DNA from: Myxococcales bacterium
GTDB lineage: Bacteria; Myxococcota_A; Polyangia; Polyangiales; Polyangiaceae
NCBI GenBank assembly: GCA_043747615.1
Contig: JAYTOU010000023.1
Location: 166,697 to 230,696, forward strand
Direction of reading: 5' to 3'
Length of the DNA stretch: 64,000 nt
Shown: piece by piece, positions 21,223-31,309 of the stretch
Layout: the number at the start of each line of letters is the position of its first letter
How positions within the stretch are numbered: position 1 is the stretch's first letter
The notes under the pieces: generated by a model
Told to the model about the DNA's origin: nothing
Database searches by the model: none
Seen by the model: only the letters and a program-made list of their open reading frames with translations
Program-made: the position numbers and the translations under genes

Positions 21223-21687
21223 ATGTCCGTGCTCCACGTTCTTCGTCGCGGCTTCCTGGCATTGCCATTCGCAGCCGTCATCGCTGCGTGCGGTAGCCGT
21301 GGACCGCTCGACATCGGTCCGCCGAACGACATGGACGCCGGCATCGAAGCCGACATCCCCGAGGCCGGCGTGCCCGACGCGAACCCGCCGCCGCAGGCCG
21401 ACGCGGGAAGGGACAGCGGACCCAACCCGGTCAACTGCGGCGTGTGCGTGGTCCAGAACTGCGGGCAGCCCGTCTTGAAGTGCTTGCAGGACATGAAGTG
21501 CCGCGCCGTCCTTACCTGCGTCACCCAGACCTGCCTCGCTAGCGGCAAGCTCGACCCGGCCTGTCTGATCAGTTGCGGAAGCGGCGATCCCGCGGCCGCG
21601 ATCGAGGCGTTTCAGATCATCCAGTGCCTGACCGGAAAGTGCGGAGGCGACTGCGGCGGGGTTCTTCCCGGGCTTGGCGGCAATTGA
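21223..21687 (+). CDS. Cys-rich lipoprotein
   Basis: RRGF before hydrophobic stretch, lipobox IAAC, CxxC/CxxxC repeats. Confidence 0.75.
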   Translation: MSVLHVLRRGFLALPFAAVIAACGSRGPLDIGPPNDMDAGIEADIPEAGVPDANPPPQADAGRDSGPNPVNCGVCVVQNCGQPVLKCLQDMKCRAVLTCVTQTCLASGKLDPACLISCGSGDPAAAIEAFQIIQCLTGKCGGDCGGVLPGLGGN

Positions 21688-21709
21688 TCCCTCGCCCGAC
21701 AACGACGAA

Positions 21710-22651
21710 ATGATCTCGCCGTCTCGTGGGTTGACGCTGGCGCTGCTCGTATCCGTCGTTTTTTGCTCGGCTCGGAAGGCTGCGGCCGATCCAACGGCGA
21801 AGGAGCTGGCCATGGCGCGCGAAGCCTTCGCCAGAGCCGAGAAGGAAGAGGACCGCGAGAATTGGGCGGTCGCTCTCGAGGACCTCCGACGCGTCGCAGG
21901 CGTGAAAATGACGGCCGGTGTGCGCTTCCACATCGCGCACTGCGAAGCGGGCCTCGGTCGCGACATTGCTGCGCTCGAGGACTACACGGCCGCCGAGAAG
22001 CTTGGGCGCGAGGAGCACAACAAGGACGTCGTTGACGCCACTGCCGAAGCGATCGCCGCTCTGCGCGCAAAAATTCCGACGGTCAGCATCCGCGTTCCCA
22101 GCGACGTCACCGACGTGGAAATCATGCTCGACGGGAAGCTCCTGCCGAGCGCGCTGTGGGCAACGTCGATCCCACTCGAGCCTGGCACGCACCGCATTGA
22201 TGCGCGCGCTCCCGGGCGCACGCCGTACACGACGTCACTCGTCGTCAAAGATCGCGAAGCCAGCACGCTCGAGGTGAGGCTCGTCGCCGCACCACCGGCT
22301 CCCGCCGCGACGCCCGCGTCTACCGTCATCGCGCCACCACGCGAGGAATCGGCTCCGAAACATACCGCCGCGATCGTCGCGACGGGCGGCGCCGTTCTTA
22401 TGGCGGGCGCGGGCTTCGGCGCGTTCGTCGTCGCTGGTGGAAAGCAATCCGACGCGCAATCGACGTGCGCGACGAGCGTGACCTGCGCAAGCGCCAAGGG
22501 CCCCGTGCAGCTGTGGGACGGCGTCGCGCTCGGCGCGTGGGCGGGAGCTGCCGTGGTTGGCACGGTCGCGGTCATTCTCTGGCTTCGCCCTTCCTCGGAC
22601 ACGCGCATCGTGGCGGGGCCGAGCACGCTGCGCTTCGAAGGTACGTTCTAG
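21710..22651 (+). CDS. TPR + PEGA-like domain exported protein
   Basis: Signal peptide; TPR-like helices; LDG...LEPGTHRI.ARAPG (PEGA-like); two Gly-rich TMs; terminal RFEGTF. Confidence 0.75.
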   Translation: MISPSRGLTLALLVSVVFCSARKAAADPTAKELAMAREAFARAEKEEDRENWAVALEDLRRVAGVKMTAGVRFHIAHCEAGLGRDIAALEDYTAAEKLGREEHNKDVVDATAEAIAALRAKIPTVSIRVPSDVTDVEIMLDGKLLPSALWATSIPLEPGTHRIDARAPGRTPYTTSLVVKDREASTLEVRLVAAPPAPAATPASTVIAPPREESAPKHTAAIVATGGAVLMAGAGFGAFVVAGGKQSDAQSTCATSVTCASAKGPVQLWDGVALGAWAGAAVVGTVAVILWLRPSSDTRIVAGPSTLRFEGTF

Positions 22652-23715
22652 TGCGCCGTTCGCTCGTTGCTGGGTCCGTGATCGCTGGGCTTGGGCTCTT
22701 CGCCGGTTGCGTCGATCTCTTTCACAGCACGGATTTTCCGACGCTCTGCCAGCTCGACGCAAGCGCGCTGGCGTGCGACGCACCCGCGACGCCCCTTCCG
22801 ACGGACTTCTGCAAATGGACTACGAAAGAGGCGGCGGATCGCGCGACCGAAGCATGCACCCGACTCGCCGCGTGCGACTCGCCCGTTGGCAACAACGCCA
22901 CCGGCGCGTGCATCGCCAACGCCACGCTCGCCTACGACTGCCTCGCGAACCCGAATTTCCAGGTCAAGGGCGCATCCCACGCGCACTGGGATCGCCTCTG
23001 GCAAGCGAAGACCTGTGAGGACGTCGACCGCGCCATCTTTGGCGGCAAGGCAAGCACGTGCGTCATCATGAAAGACCGTCTCCCGTTTACGACGTGCGAC
23101 AGACTTGCCCGCGTCGACTGCCAGGTAACGGATCACCGACTCTTCGGGGAGAGCTGCGCGGCATCTGGCCGAGCGTGCGACCAAGTGGATGGCGGCGGTA
23201 GCGTAGATTGCACGGGCACCGACGGCCACCAGTGCATCGACACGCGCTGTGATGCGACCCGCATTCATGTCTGCTCGGAGGCCGGCGTCGACAACGGGTT
23301 CGACTGCACGTCCTTCGGTGCCGGAACGTGCGCGTACTCGGACGATGCGGGGCCGGCCTGCGTTCCCAGTGGAACCACGACCGCGTGCACGGCGAGCGGC
23401 GCGGTCACCTGCGATGGGAACGTCGCCGTCGGGTGTCCCACCGGAACGGAGGTCCGCGTCGACTGCGCCGCGCTCACCGGAAGATGTGCTCCGACCAAAG
23501 GCGGAAAGGCCTACGACGTCTCTCGAGCGTGCACCATCGCCCGGGTGAACGATGCCGGCGGATGCAGCGACGATGTCTGCAGTGGCACGCAGCTCATTGC
23601 TTGCGTACGCGGCGCGCAATCGACGCCAATTGATTGCCAAGCGCTGAAGCTCGGTGCCTGCCGTACGTTCACCACCGCCGACGGCGACCGCGCCGCCTGC
23701 GCAGCGCCACCGTAG
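22651..23715 (+). CDS. Cys-rich lipoprotein
   Basis: GTG overlaps upstream TAG; lipobox FAGC; very Cys-rich. Confidence 0.75.
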   Translation: MRRSLVAGSVIAGLGLFAGCVDLFHSTDFPTLCQLDASALACDAPATPLPTDFCKWTTKEAADRATEACTRLAACDSPVGNNATGACIANATLAYDCLANPNFQVKGASHAHWDRLWQAKTCEDVDRAIFGGKASTCVIMKDRLPFTTCDRLARVDCQVTDHRLFGESCAASGRACDQVDGGGSVDCTGTDGHQCIDTRCDATRIHVCSEAGVDNGFDCTSFGAGTCAYSDDAGPACVPSGTTTACTASGAVTCDGNVAVGCPTGTEVRVDCAALTGRCAPTKGGKAYDVSRACTIARVNDAGGCSDDVCSGTQLIACVRGAQSTPIDCQALKLGACRTFTTADGDRAACAAPP

Positions 23716-23721
23716 ACGTTC

Positions 23722-24744
23722 TTACTTGAGGGACGATTCGAGCTGGGCCTTCGCGAGCGCGTCGGCGGCGGCGGCGGACGCCATGTCATCGTTGGCGGCG
23801 GCTTTGGGCTTCGCGGCCGGCTTGGGCGCGGGGGGCGCGGCAGCGACGACAGGCTTGGGAGCGGGGGCGATCGCAGCGACGGTCTTCTCGGCGGCCGGAG
23901 CAGTGACCTTGGGAGCGATCGGCTTGACCGCCGCGACCGGCGCGGGCTTGGCGATCACCTTGGTGTCGGCGACGGGGGCGACGACGACCGTCGGGATAAC
24001 GTCGCTCGTGTCCATCACCGAGGGGGCCTGCGCGCCGTTCGCCGGCGTGGTCGCTGCCGCCGTCGGCTGGAAGGGCTGAAGCGCATGAGCTGCGGTGATC
24101 TGTGCGGCCTGACCGGGATCAACGAACGCTGCTCCGGCCGCGACGATGGAGTCGCCGTCGCCACGCGCGACGACTGCCGTGAGGAGGCCACCGAAGAGGC
24201 CCATGGCCACGAGCGCCATGGCCCACGAAGCCGTCGGACGGCCTTTGATTACGATGCCTGCCGTCACCGTGGACGCGGGGGGATCAACGCGAGGATCGCT
24301 GTCGGTGTCGCGAACGGCTTTCTCTGCGGCGCGTGCTGCGCGGACGGCTTTGATCTGCGCTTTGACGCGCTCGGCATCGTTGACCGATGCAGCGACGGGG
24401 AGGCCGGCTGCGGGGGCCGCGAGCGGACGGTACGTGGTCACCTCGGTCGAGGGACGAAAGCTGACATTCGGTCGCACGGACTTGGCGGGCTTGGACGACG
24501 GGGGGGGCGGCATCTCGCTCGCCAGCCGCGAAGGCATCATGCGCGTCACGGAGTCGGCCGACTCACCCTCGACTTCGCTCACCGGCTCGGGACGCTCGGA
24601 GCGCAGCGCGGGGCGCATCGAGCCCTTGACCACGGTCGTCACGGCGTCTTCGAGATTCGCGTGCTTTTTCTTGGGGGGGAGCATGTCTCCCATCATTGCA
24701 TTGGGCGCGCCAAAGTCCCAGTCGCGGTCGCGCTCGATAGCCAC
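23722..24744 (-). CDS. Pro/Ala-rich single-TM protein (paralogue 1)
   Basis: PTASWAMALVAMGLFGGLLTAVVARGDGD core; C-term ADALAKAQLESSL. Confidence 0.75.
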   Translation of the reverse strand: MAIERDRDWDFGAPNAMMGDMLPPKKKHANLEDAVTTVVKGSMRPALRSERPEPVSEVEGESADSVTRMMPSRLASEMPPPPSSKPAKSVRPNVSFRPSTEVTTYRPLAAPAAGLPVAASVNDAERVKAQIKAVRAARAAEKAVRDTDSDPRVDPPASTVTAGIVIKGRPTASWAMALVAMGLFGGLLTAVVARGDGDSIVAAGAAFVDPGQAAQITAAHALQPFQPTAAATTPANGAQAPSVMDTSDVIPTVVVAPVADTKVIAKPAPVAAVKPIAPKVTAPAAEKTVAAIAPAPKPVVAAAPPAPKPAAKPKAAANDDMASAAAADALAKAQLESSLK

Positions 24745-24810
24745 GGCGGAAAGGGCTCGATTTTCCCGACGCTCGCCGGATCAACCCGCCCAAGAATCCC
24801 TAAACCTCGC

Positions 24811-24840
24811 CAAAACTGGGGGTTACGAGATCCAGTGACC
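24811..24840. promoter_or_regulatory. Conserved upstream motif, copy A
   Basis: caaaactgggggttacgagatccagtgacc; 22/30 ungapped identity to 26079-26108. Confidence 0.55.
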
Positions 24841-24896
24841 CGTTTTCCGGGTCCATGGGTTTTTGTGAGAGATGTAGGTCTCGCGGTTTCGGGATC

Positions 24897-25913
24897 TCAG
24901 AGGGACTGCGCGAGCTGGGCTTGGGCGAGGGCGTTGGCGGCTTCTGCATCGAGGTCGCCCTTTACGGCAGGCTTCTTCGAGGCTTTGGGCGTAGCTGCAG
25001 CAACGGCAACGACTGGCTTCTCGGCCTTCGGCGCCGCAGGAGCAACGGCAGGCTTCGCCGGGGGCGGAGCGACCTTGGCAACTTCCCTCTTCGCAGAGGG
25101 CGCTGAGAACGCGACCGGCGCGGTGCGGGGCTTGGGCGCGATGACGGGAATGTCGGCGAGCAAAATAGCGGGAGGAATCACGGCCGACGTTGCGGGGAGG
25201 ACGACGGGCGCGACCGCGGGGGACACGAGGGTCATCGGCGCCATCGGAGCTTGAATGGCTGCGGCGAGCTGGGTGGGGGCCTGGGTGGAGTGGCCCGGAT
25301 CGACGAACGCCGCCGTTGCATCGACGAGCGCGTCGCCGTCGCCACGGGCAACCACGGCGGTGACCAACCCAGCGAAAACGCCCATCGCAACGAGGGCGGC
25401 GGACCACGACATCGTGGGGCTGCCAATGCGCTTTGCACGGGTTGTGATGACGGTTCCGGGGATCGAGCCGGAGGAGTCGCTCGGCATCGCCATCGGCGAA
25501 AGGGAGTGCGGGGGAGCGGGGATGGGAGCCAGCGAGGTGACGGGCATGCCGGCCATCGGGCGGTAGTTCGTCTCCGTCGAGGGGCGCTGGTAGCCCTGGT
25601 ATTTCGTGGCAACGGATCGAGCGGGCGTGGGCGTGCGGCCCTTGACGAAGGTGCGCGACGGCGGGGGCGCAGGCACGGGCGGCGCGGGGAACGAGTCGGA
25701 CCCCTTCGCGGGCATCAATGTGGTGACTTCGTCGGGGTAATGGTTGTTGAACACGCGCGGACGATTCGCGGGGGCCGAGGGAAACTGACTCTTCGGGGCG
25801 CGAAGCGCGGCCATCGCATGAGGGGCCTTGATGACTTCGTAGATGTCGCCGGTGGCGAGGTCTTCTGCGATGTCGTCGGTCTTCTTTGCGGGGCGCTTGT
25901 GAAAGGGGAGCAC
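24897..25913 (-). CDS. Pro/Ala-rich single-TM protein (paralogue 2)
   Basis: GGAGG RBS + GTG; PTMSWSAALVAMGVFAGLVTAVVARGDGD; C-term ANALAQAQLAQSL. Confidence 0.78.
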   Translation of the reverse strand: MLPFHKRPAKKTDDIAEDLATGDIYEVIKAPHAMAALRAPKSQFPSAPANRPRVFNNHYPDEVTTLMPAKGSDSFPAPPVPAPPPSRTFVKGRTPTPARSVATKYQGYQRPSTETNYRPMAGMPVTSLAPIPAPPHSLSPMAMPSDSSGSIPGTVITTRAKRIGSPTMSWSAALVAMGVFAGLVTAVVARGDGDALVDATAAFVDPGHSTQAPTQLAAAIQAPMAPMTLVSPAVAPVVLPATSAVIPPAILLADIPVIAPKPRTAPVAFSAPSAKREVAKVAPPPAKPAVAPAAPKAEKPVVAVAAATPKASKKPAVKGDLDAEAANALAQAQLAQSL

Positions 25914-26078
25914 GGTATCCTCCGGGTAGCTCTACGTTGTTGTCCTCATTGAATGCAGCCGGCGAGCCAACTTCGGGCTTGTGCAGCGGGGGCGGCGAAA
26001 TAGACCTTTTCCCCGGCTTCGGCCCAGTGTGGGAGACTTCCCTTCTACCGACGCCGTCCGAAACCGTTGCCGATGGAA

Positions 26079-26108
26079 CAAACTTGGGGGTCGGTTGATC
26101 CAGTGATC
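26079..26108. promoter_or_regulatory. Conserved upstream motif, copy B
   Basis: caaacttgggggtcggttgatccagtgatc; matches copy A. Confidence 0.55.
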
Positions 26109-26192
26109 CCCAACCCTGCAAGTCCGGCCAGCGTCAAAACATGGATTGGGACTACAATCGCGGGTGGAGCGGTTGGAGACCCGAGGAGCACG

Positions 26193-28019
26193 ATGGCACC
26201 AGGCCCTGTTTTGCGTGGCTTTCATCCGCTGTTCGAGCGATGGGCGCGTCGCGTTCGCGGGCGGCTTGCGCTTCGCCAAGCGTTGACGGGCGCCGCCATC
26301 GGGCTCGTGCTCTCCGTGATGCTCGCGGCTCTCGGTTGGAAGACGCGACACGCCGAAGTGCGATCGCTTGCTCCGATCCTCGGAGCGGTCGGGCTCATGG
26401 CGGGGCTCGTCGCAGCCCGCCGCTCGCGGTGGAGCGACGAAGACGTGGCGCTCTATCTCGATCAGCGTCTCGATACGGAGGAGACGATCGCGACGGCGGT
26501 GGAGCTCGAGAACCAATCGCGCGACGACGCGTCGGCTACGCGCGCTGTGGTGGTGACGAAGGCAACGGCGGCACTTACTGCGGGCGCTTTTTCGAAGGCC
26601 CGCCCTCGCCTGCTCAAGCCGATTCATGCGCTCCTCCCGCTGGCAACTGCGGGCCTCGTCGTTCTTGCGCGCGTTCCGCTCCCCGAAGCGAAGGCGAGCG
26701 TCGAGCCGCCGGGGACGACGAAGGTTCAGATCGCTCAGGTCGAGGGGCTCGACAAGATCGCCCAGCTCGCTCGCGTTCAAGCCCGCGACGACGCGCAGCG
26801 TGAACGGCTCGATAAAATTTCCAAGGACGCCGAGAAGCTCAGAGAAGAGCTCCTCAAGGGAATGGAAAAACGCGATGCGCAAGACAAGATCGCGCGTCTT
26901 CGTGAGGCGATCTCGGAGGAGCGTCTGTCGCTCGGCGGCGGCGAAAAGCGCGCGGGGCTCGAGAGCGCCGTCTCCAAGCTCGAGGAGAACGAGCTGACGA
27001 AGCGGGCCGGCAAGGCGCTCGGCGACCACGATCTCGAAGCCGTCGACAAGGAGATGGAGCGCATCGCAAACGAGCGAGAGCACGCGGACCGCGAGCTCGC
27101 CAAGAAATCGCTCGACCAGGCCGCCGATGCCGCAAAGAAGAACGGCGCGCCGGACGTAGCCAAGGCGCTCGAGGACGAGAGGAAGGCCATGGAGAAGCGA
27201 GAGGCGCGAAGCGACAAGCTCCGCGATCTCGCTGACGCGATGAAGGGGACGGCAGGCGGCGATGAGCTGAAATCGGAGAGCGAAGCCCTCGATCGCAAAG
27301 GGAGTGACGAGGCCGCCAAGAAGCTCGCGGAGTCGATGGCCAAGGCCCTCGAAAAGCTGACTCCCGAAGAGCGGAAGCGCCTGGCGGAAAAGCTGAAGGA
27401 CATGTCGAAGCAGAAGGGCGCGACCGCCGGGGACGCAGAGCAGCTGAAAGAGTTGGCCGAGGACCTGTCTACGCCCGAGGGCCAAAAGAAGCTCGAAGAG
27501 CAGCTCAAAGAGATGGCGAAGGACGATGCCGAAAGCAGTGAGGCGAAGCGCCAGAAAAGTCTCGACGACGCCGAGCAAGGGGCCGAAGGTGCAGAAGGCG
27601 ACATCGGGAAACAGGGCAAGCCTGGGCAGGACGGGCAAGCGCAAGGCAATGGCCAGGGTACGCAAAGCGTTCCCATGCCCCACAACGCGAATGGCGGCAG
27701 CAGCAGCGGCAATGGCAAGGGGGGAGAAAAAGGCACCGGCGGTCACGGCAGCCACGACGAGGGCACCGGCGATCACAGCGGCAACAGCGGCGTCGTAGAC
27801 GCAAAGACGTTGAAGTCGCGCGCGCGCGGCCCCCTCAACAAGGGGCAAGCGATGCCCGGCTCGATCACCACCTTCGTGCCGGGAAAAGCGGGCGGCACCG
27901 CAAACACCCGCGGAACGGGCGATCTGCGCGTCGTCGGACCGAGCGAAGTCGATGGCGTCGAGCGCAGCGACGTCCCCGAAGAGTACCGGGAGCACGTTCG
28001 GCAGTACTTCCAACCCTAA
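26193..28019 (+). CDS. Membrane-anchored long coiled-coil protein (MoxR-operon associated)
   Basis: GAGGAG RBS; 3 N-terminal TMs, long E/K/A coiled coil, Gly-rich linker, C-term VPEEYREHVRQYF. Confidence 0.8.
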   Translation: MAPGPVLRGFHPLFERWARRVRGRLALRQALTGAAIGLVLSVMLAALGWKTRHAEVRSLAPILGAVGLMAGLVAARRSRWSDEDVALYLDQRLDTEETIATAVELENQSRDDASATRAVVVTKATAALTAGAFSKARPRLLKPIHALLPLATAGLVVLARVPLPEAKASVEPPGTTKVQIAQVEGLDKIAQLARVQARDDAQRERLDKISKDAEKLREELLKGMEKRDAQDKIARLREAISEERLSLGGGEKRAGLESAVSKLEENELTKRAGKALGDHDLEAVDKEMERIANEREHADRELAKKSLDQAADAAKKNGAPDVAKALEDERKAMEKREARSDKLRDLADAMKGTAGGDELKSESEALDRKGSDEAAKKLAESMAKALEKLTPEERKRLAEKLKDMSKQKGATAGDAEQLKELAEDLSTPEGQKKLEEQLKEMAKDDAESSEAKRQKSLDDAEQGAEGAEGDIGKQGKPGQDGQAQGNGQGTQSVPMPHNANGGSSSGNGKGGEKGTGGHGSHDEGTGDHSGNSGVVDAKTLKSRARGPLNKGQAMPGSITTFVPGKAGGTANTRGTGDLRVVGPSEVDGVERSDVPEEYREHVRQYFQP

Positions 28020-28052
28020 GCGGACCTTCGGAAGGCCAAGAGAACTCCCACC

Positions 28053-29084
28053 ATGTCCGAAAATTTCGAGTCGAGATTGAAGGAAGCAGCAGCAGCGGTC
28101 GCCACCTTGCGAGACGCGATCGGCAAGGTCGTCGTCGGGCAGGATGGCGTCGTCGATCAAGTGATGTGGGGGCTCGTGGCCGGCGGTCATGTGCTTCTCG
28201 AAGGAGCGCCCGGCCTCGGTAAGACGCTCCTCGTGCGCACGCTCTCGCAGTGCCTCGATCTGAAATTTTCGCGCATCCAGTTCACGCCCGACTTGATGCC
28301 GAGCGACGTGGTGGGCACGAACGTCCTCGTCATGGACCCAGCGCAGCGTGCTGCGGGGAGCATGTTCGCGGTGCAAAAAGGGACTATTTTTGGGCAGATC
28401 GTGCTCGCCGACGAAATCAACCGGGCGACACCAAAGACCCAGTCAGCGCTGCTCGAGGCGATGGCGGAGCACGCCGTCACGATCGCCGGCACGAGACACG
28501 CGCTCGAGGAGCCGTTCTTCGTGTTGGCCACGGAAAATCCGATCGAGATGGAGGGGACGTATCCCCTACCCGAGGCGCAGCTCGATCGTTTTCTCTTGAA
28601 GGTGGTCGTCCCAAATCCGACGGAGGACGAGCTCGTAGAGGTGCTAGCGCGCACCACCGGCCGCGGGGGCGAGGTACCGCCGCGCGTTCTCGGACGCGAT
28701 GGAGTCCTCGAGCTTCGCGCCATGTGCCGCGACGTCGCGGTGGCCGAGCCCATCGCCCGCTATGCGGCGCGTCTCGTGCGCGCAAGCGACCCGGGAGCAC
28801 GTGATGCCCCGGATCTGGCGAAGAAGGGGCTGCGCTATGGAGCGGGCGTGCGCGGCGCGCAGTCACTCGTGCTCGCGGCAAAGGCCGTGGCGCTATGCGA
28901 AGGACGCGCGAACGTATCCTTCGCCGACATCGCGAAGGTGGCTGGGCCCGCGCTCCGTCACCGCATGATCCGCTCGTTCGAGGGGGAGGCCGACGGCATC
29001 ACCACCGACTCCGTGATCGAGGCGCTCCTCGCGGCCGTTCCGACTCGTCCCGCCAACGTCGACGCAGAGCGAGGACGTTCTTGA
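28053..29084 (+). CDS. moxR: MoxR family AAA+ ATPase
   Basis: GHVLLEGAPGLGKT, RIQFTPDLMPSD, LADEINR, QSALLEAM, NPIEMEGTYPLPEAQLDRF. Confidence 0.96.
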   Translation: MSENFESRLKEAAAAVATLRDAIGKVVVGQDGVVDQVMWGLVAGGHVLLEGAPGLGKTLLVRTLSQCLDLKFSRIQFTPDLMPSDVVGTNVLVMDPAQRAAGSMFAVQKGTIFGQIVLADEINRATPKTQSALLEAMAEHAVTIAGTRHALEEPFFVLATENPIEMEGTYPLPEAQLDRFLLKVVVPNPTEDELVEVLARTTGRGGEVPPRVLGRDGVLELRAMCRDVAVAEPIARYAARLVRASDPGARDAPDLAKKGLRYGAGVRGAQSLVLAAKAVALCEGRANVSFADIAKVAGPALRHRMIRSFEGEADGITTDSVIEALLAAVPTRPANVDAERGRS

Positions 29085-31309
29085 GTAGAGGCGATCTCGT
29101 TCAGCACGTGGCTGGCTCAAAGGCGGGTAGATGGTCGGCGGCGGCCGCCGCGATCGCGGTGCTCGCAGCGACGCTTCCTGCGATCGCGGAGACCCCCGAA
29201 CCCAGCACCAAGACGCCCACGCTGACGGTTCGTGCGGCTCCGCTCTTCGGAAACGAAGCGGCGGTCGGCGACGGATGGAGTGAAGTCGCCGTGAATCTCG
29301 ACAACACGGGAGCCACCGCAAAAAAAGGTTCGATCGAGCTGGTGACCGGGCTGCCGTGGGACCACCAACACGAGTTCACGACACGCGCTCCGTTCAACGT
29401 GCCGCCTGCGCGAAGCGTCGTGGTCAAGCTCCCGACGCACGGCTTTGGCGCCCAGGCGCCGACGATCACGCTCACCGTGAAGGACGAAGCCGGGGCAAAG
29501 ATCACGACGGTCAACGTACCGACCAATGGAGCGAGCAACCCGCTTCTCGTCGACGTCGACAATCCCTCGCGTCTCTCGGTGGTGATGCGAAGCTGGCCGA
29601 TCCCTACGCTCTACTCTCCGGGGACGTACTACGGCACGGGAGGCGGCGGGGCGCACGCGACGCTGACGGTGGGAACGGCCACGATCGATCGCTCGACAGG
29701 AGATCCGATTTTGCCCGATCGCGCCGCGGGCTACGCAGCGGTCACCGTCTTTCTCATTCACTCCGACGCTCTCGCCAAGCTCGACGCGGTGGCGCTCGAT
29801 GCCATCGTAAGCTGGGTCATGTCGGGTGGCACGGTGGCCATCATCCCCTCGCGGCCCGAAGATCTTCGCAGCCCCATGATGGCCTCACTCGTCGGAGGCG
29901 CGGTCACGGTCACTCCGCCGCCGCCAGTGCTCATGTCCCTTCCGTCGACGGCGAAGCCTCCTCCGCCCGGGCTTTTTCCAGCCGATCCGCTCGAAGAGCC
30001 CGCGACGCCGTTCGACGATCCGGATCACGGAAGCGCGCCGCTGAAGTTCGAAAGTGAGCACGGCGCGAATCCCTTCATTCCGATCCGAACGGGTACGCAG
30101 CGCTCGCCGAAGCTCGGTCCGACCGCCGACGTGCGCGCGAAGCTCGCGGGCTATGCGGGCGGAAACTTGGCGCCCACTATTTTCGGCGCAAGCGCGCCGT
30201 ACGGGCTGGGTGAGGTTCACCTCTTGGCCTTCGATCCCTCTGCGACGCCGATGCTCGATGATCCGTGGGTGCACGCGCGAATCGTGGATCTCGTGGCGCA
30301 TGCCTGGGAACGCCGTTCTACGATCGTCATGCAGCACGCCGGCATGGAGCGTACAAATCTCGACGACGTCCGCCGCGCGCTCGACCCCAACGAAAATTTT
30401 CGCCCTGCGCTCGGCATCGCTGCGATCCTCCTCGTCCTCTACTCCATCATCGCCGGGCCGCTCACGTTCATGCGCGCGGCGAAGACGCACAAGCCGCTCT
30501 CACCGCTCAAGTGGGCTCCTATCTGGAGCGCGGTGACCTTCGGTGTGATCGTGCTCGTTGGTTTCGCCGGCAAGGGCTGGCGCGGAAGGGCTCGGCACCT
30601 GGCTCTCGTGGAAGCGGGCGCTGGAATGGGGCGGGCGTCGATCACTCGATTTAGAGGCTTTTTCACGAGCGAAACGCGCAGCCTCACCGTCGCTTCGATG
30701 GACCGCTCGAGCGTGCTCCAGCTCGCAACCACCGACTCCATCGTCCACGATCTCAGCGCGCTCCGCCTCGATCGCAACGGCGTCACGCTCGAAAATATTA
30801 CATCCCTCCCCTGGCAGACGGTCGTCATCCGCGAAGACGGCTTCGCCGACCTCAAAGGTGGCGTGAGCGTGATCACGGCGAGCGACGGGAGCGTCGACGT
30901 GGTCAACCACACTGGAACCGCGCTGAAAGACGTCCTCGTGTACGCCCCCAAGGAAGGCGTTCACTACTTTGCCGCAGTAAAGGACGGAGAGAAGATCCAC
31001 GGGGCCGATGGCCGGAGCGTGATCTCTGGCGCGACCCGACCGACGTCGACCGCCGGCGCCATGACGGTGCATCCGTTCGGCAGCGCGGTGTTGGCCGCGG
31101 GACTTGGTGGCCCCGTCGCCGACGATCTCGTGCGCGTTTGGCAGCCCCTCGAGTCCGCGACGGGAGATTCCGTCGACTGGTGGCCGGACGCGACGCCGGT
31201 CGTCATCGGCGAGATGGTGGGGGGCGAGCACACCCTCCGCGACTCGGGGCTCGTAGTGGAGCACGATCGGCTTCTCTTCCGCGTCGTCGGTCGCGGAGGT
31301 GCGTTGTGA
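29081..31309 (+). CDS. Large exported/membrane protein with class-I-GATase-like segment
   Basis: TTG overlapping moxR stop; signal-like N-term; AIVSWVMSGG; YGLGEVHLLAFDP; two internal TMs. Confidence 0.7.
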   Translation: MSRGDLVQHVAGSKAGRWSAAAAAIAVLAATLPAIAETPEPSTKTPTLTVRAAPLFGNEAAVGDGWSEVAVNLDNTGATAKKGSIELVTGLPWDHQHEFTTRAPFNVPPARSVVVKLPTHGFGAQAPTITLTVKDEAGAKITTVNVPTNGASNPLLVDVDNPSRLSVVMRSWPIPTLYSPGTYYGTGGGGAHATLTVGTATIDRSTGDPILPDRAAGYAAVTVFLIHSDALAKLDAVALDAIVSWVMSGGTVAIIPSRPEDLRSPMMASLVGGAVTVTPPPPVLMSLPSTAKPPPPGLFPADPLEEPATPFDDPDHGSAPLKFESEHGANPFIPIRTGTQRSPKLGPTADVRAKLAGYAGGNLAPTIFGASAPYGLGEVHLLAFDPSATPMLDDPWVHARIVDLVAHAWERRSTIVMQHAGMERTNLDDVRRALDPNENFRPALGIAAILLVLYSIIAGPLTFMRAAKTHKPLSPLKWAPIWSAVTFGVIVLVGFAGKGWRGRARHLALVEAGAGMGRASITRFRGFFTSETRSLTVASMDRSSVLQLATTDSIVHDLSALRLDRNGVTLENITSLPWQTVVIREDGFADLKGGVSVITASDGSVDVVNHTGTALKDVLVYAPKEGVHYFAAVKDGEKIHGADGRSVISGATRPTSTAGAMTVHPFGSAVLAAGLGGPVADDLVRVWQPLESATGDSVDWWPDATPVVIGEMVGGEHTLRDSGLVVEHDRLLFRVVGRGGAL

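Noticed and set aside
20304..21548. N-terminally extended ORF-track starts (panC, pspA, E1-alpha, AGPS, glpA, ssb and others)
   Set aside because: Extensions overlap neighbouring genes or lack family similarity; downstream starts fit family N-termini and RBS/overlap patterns
25932..28376. 814-aa minus-strand ORF (and similar long antisense ORFs such as 54630-56597, 17415-19043, 1965-3449)
   Set aside because: Shadow ORFs opposite well-supported genes, expected in high-GC DNA; no recognisable motifs
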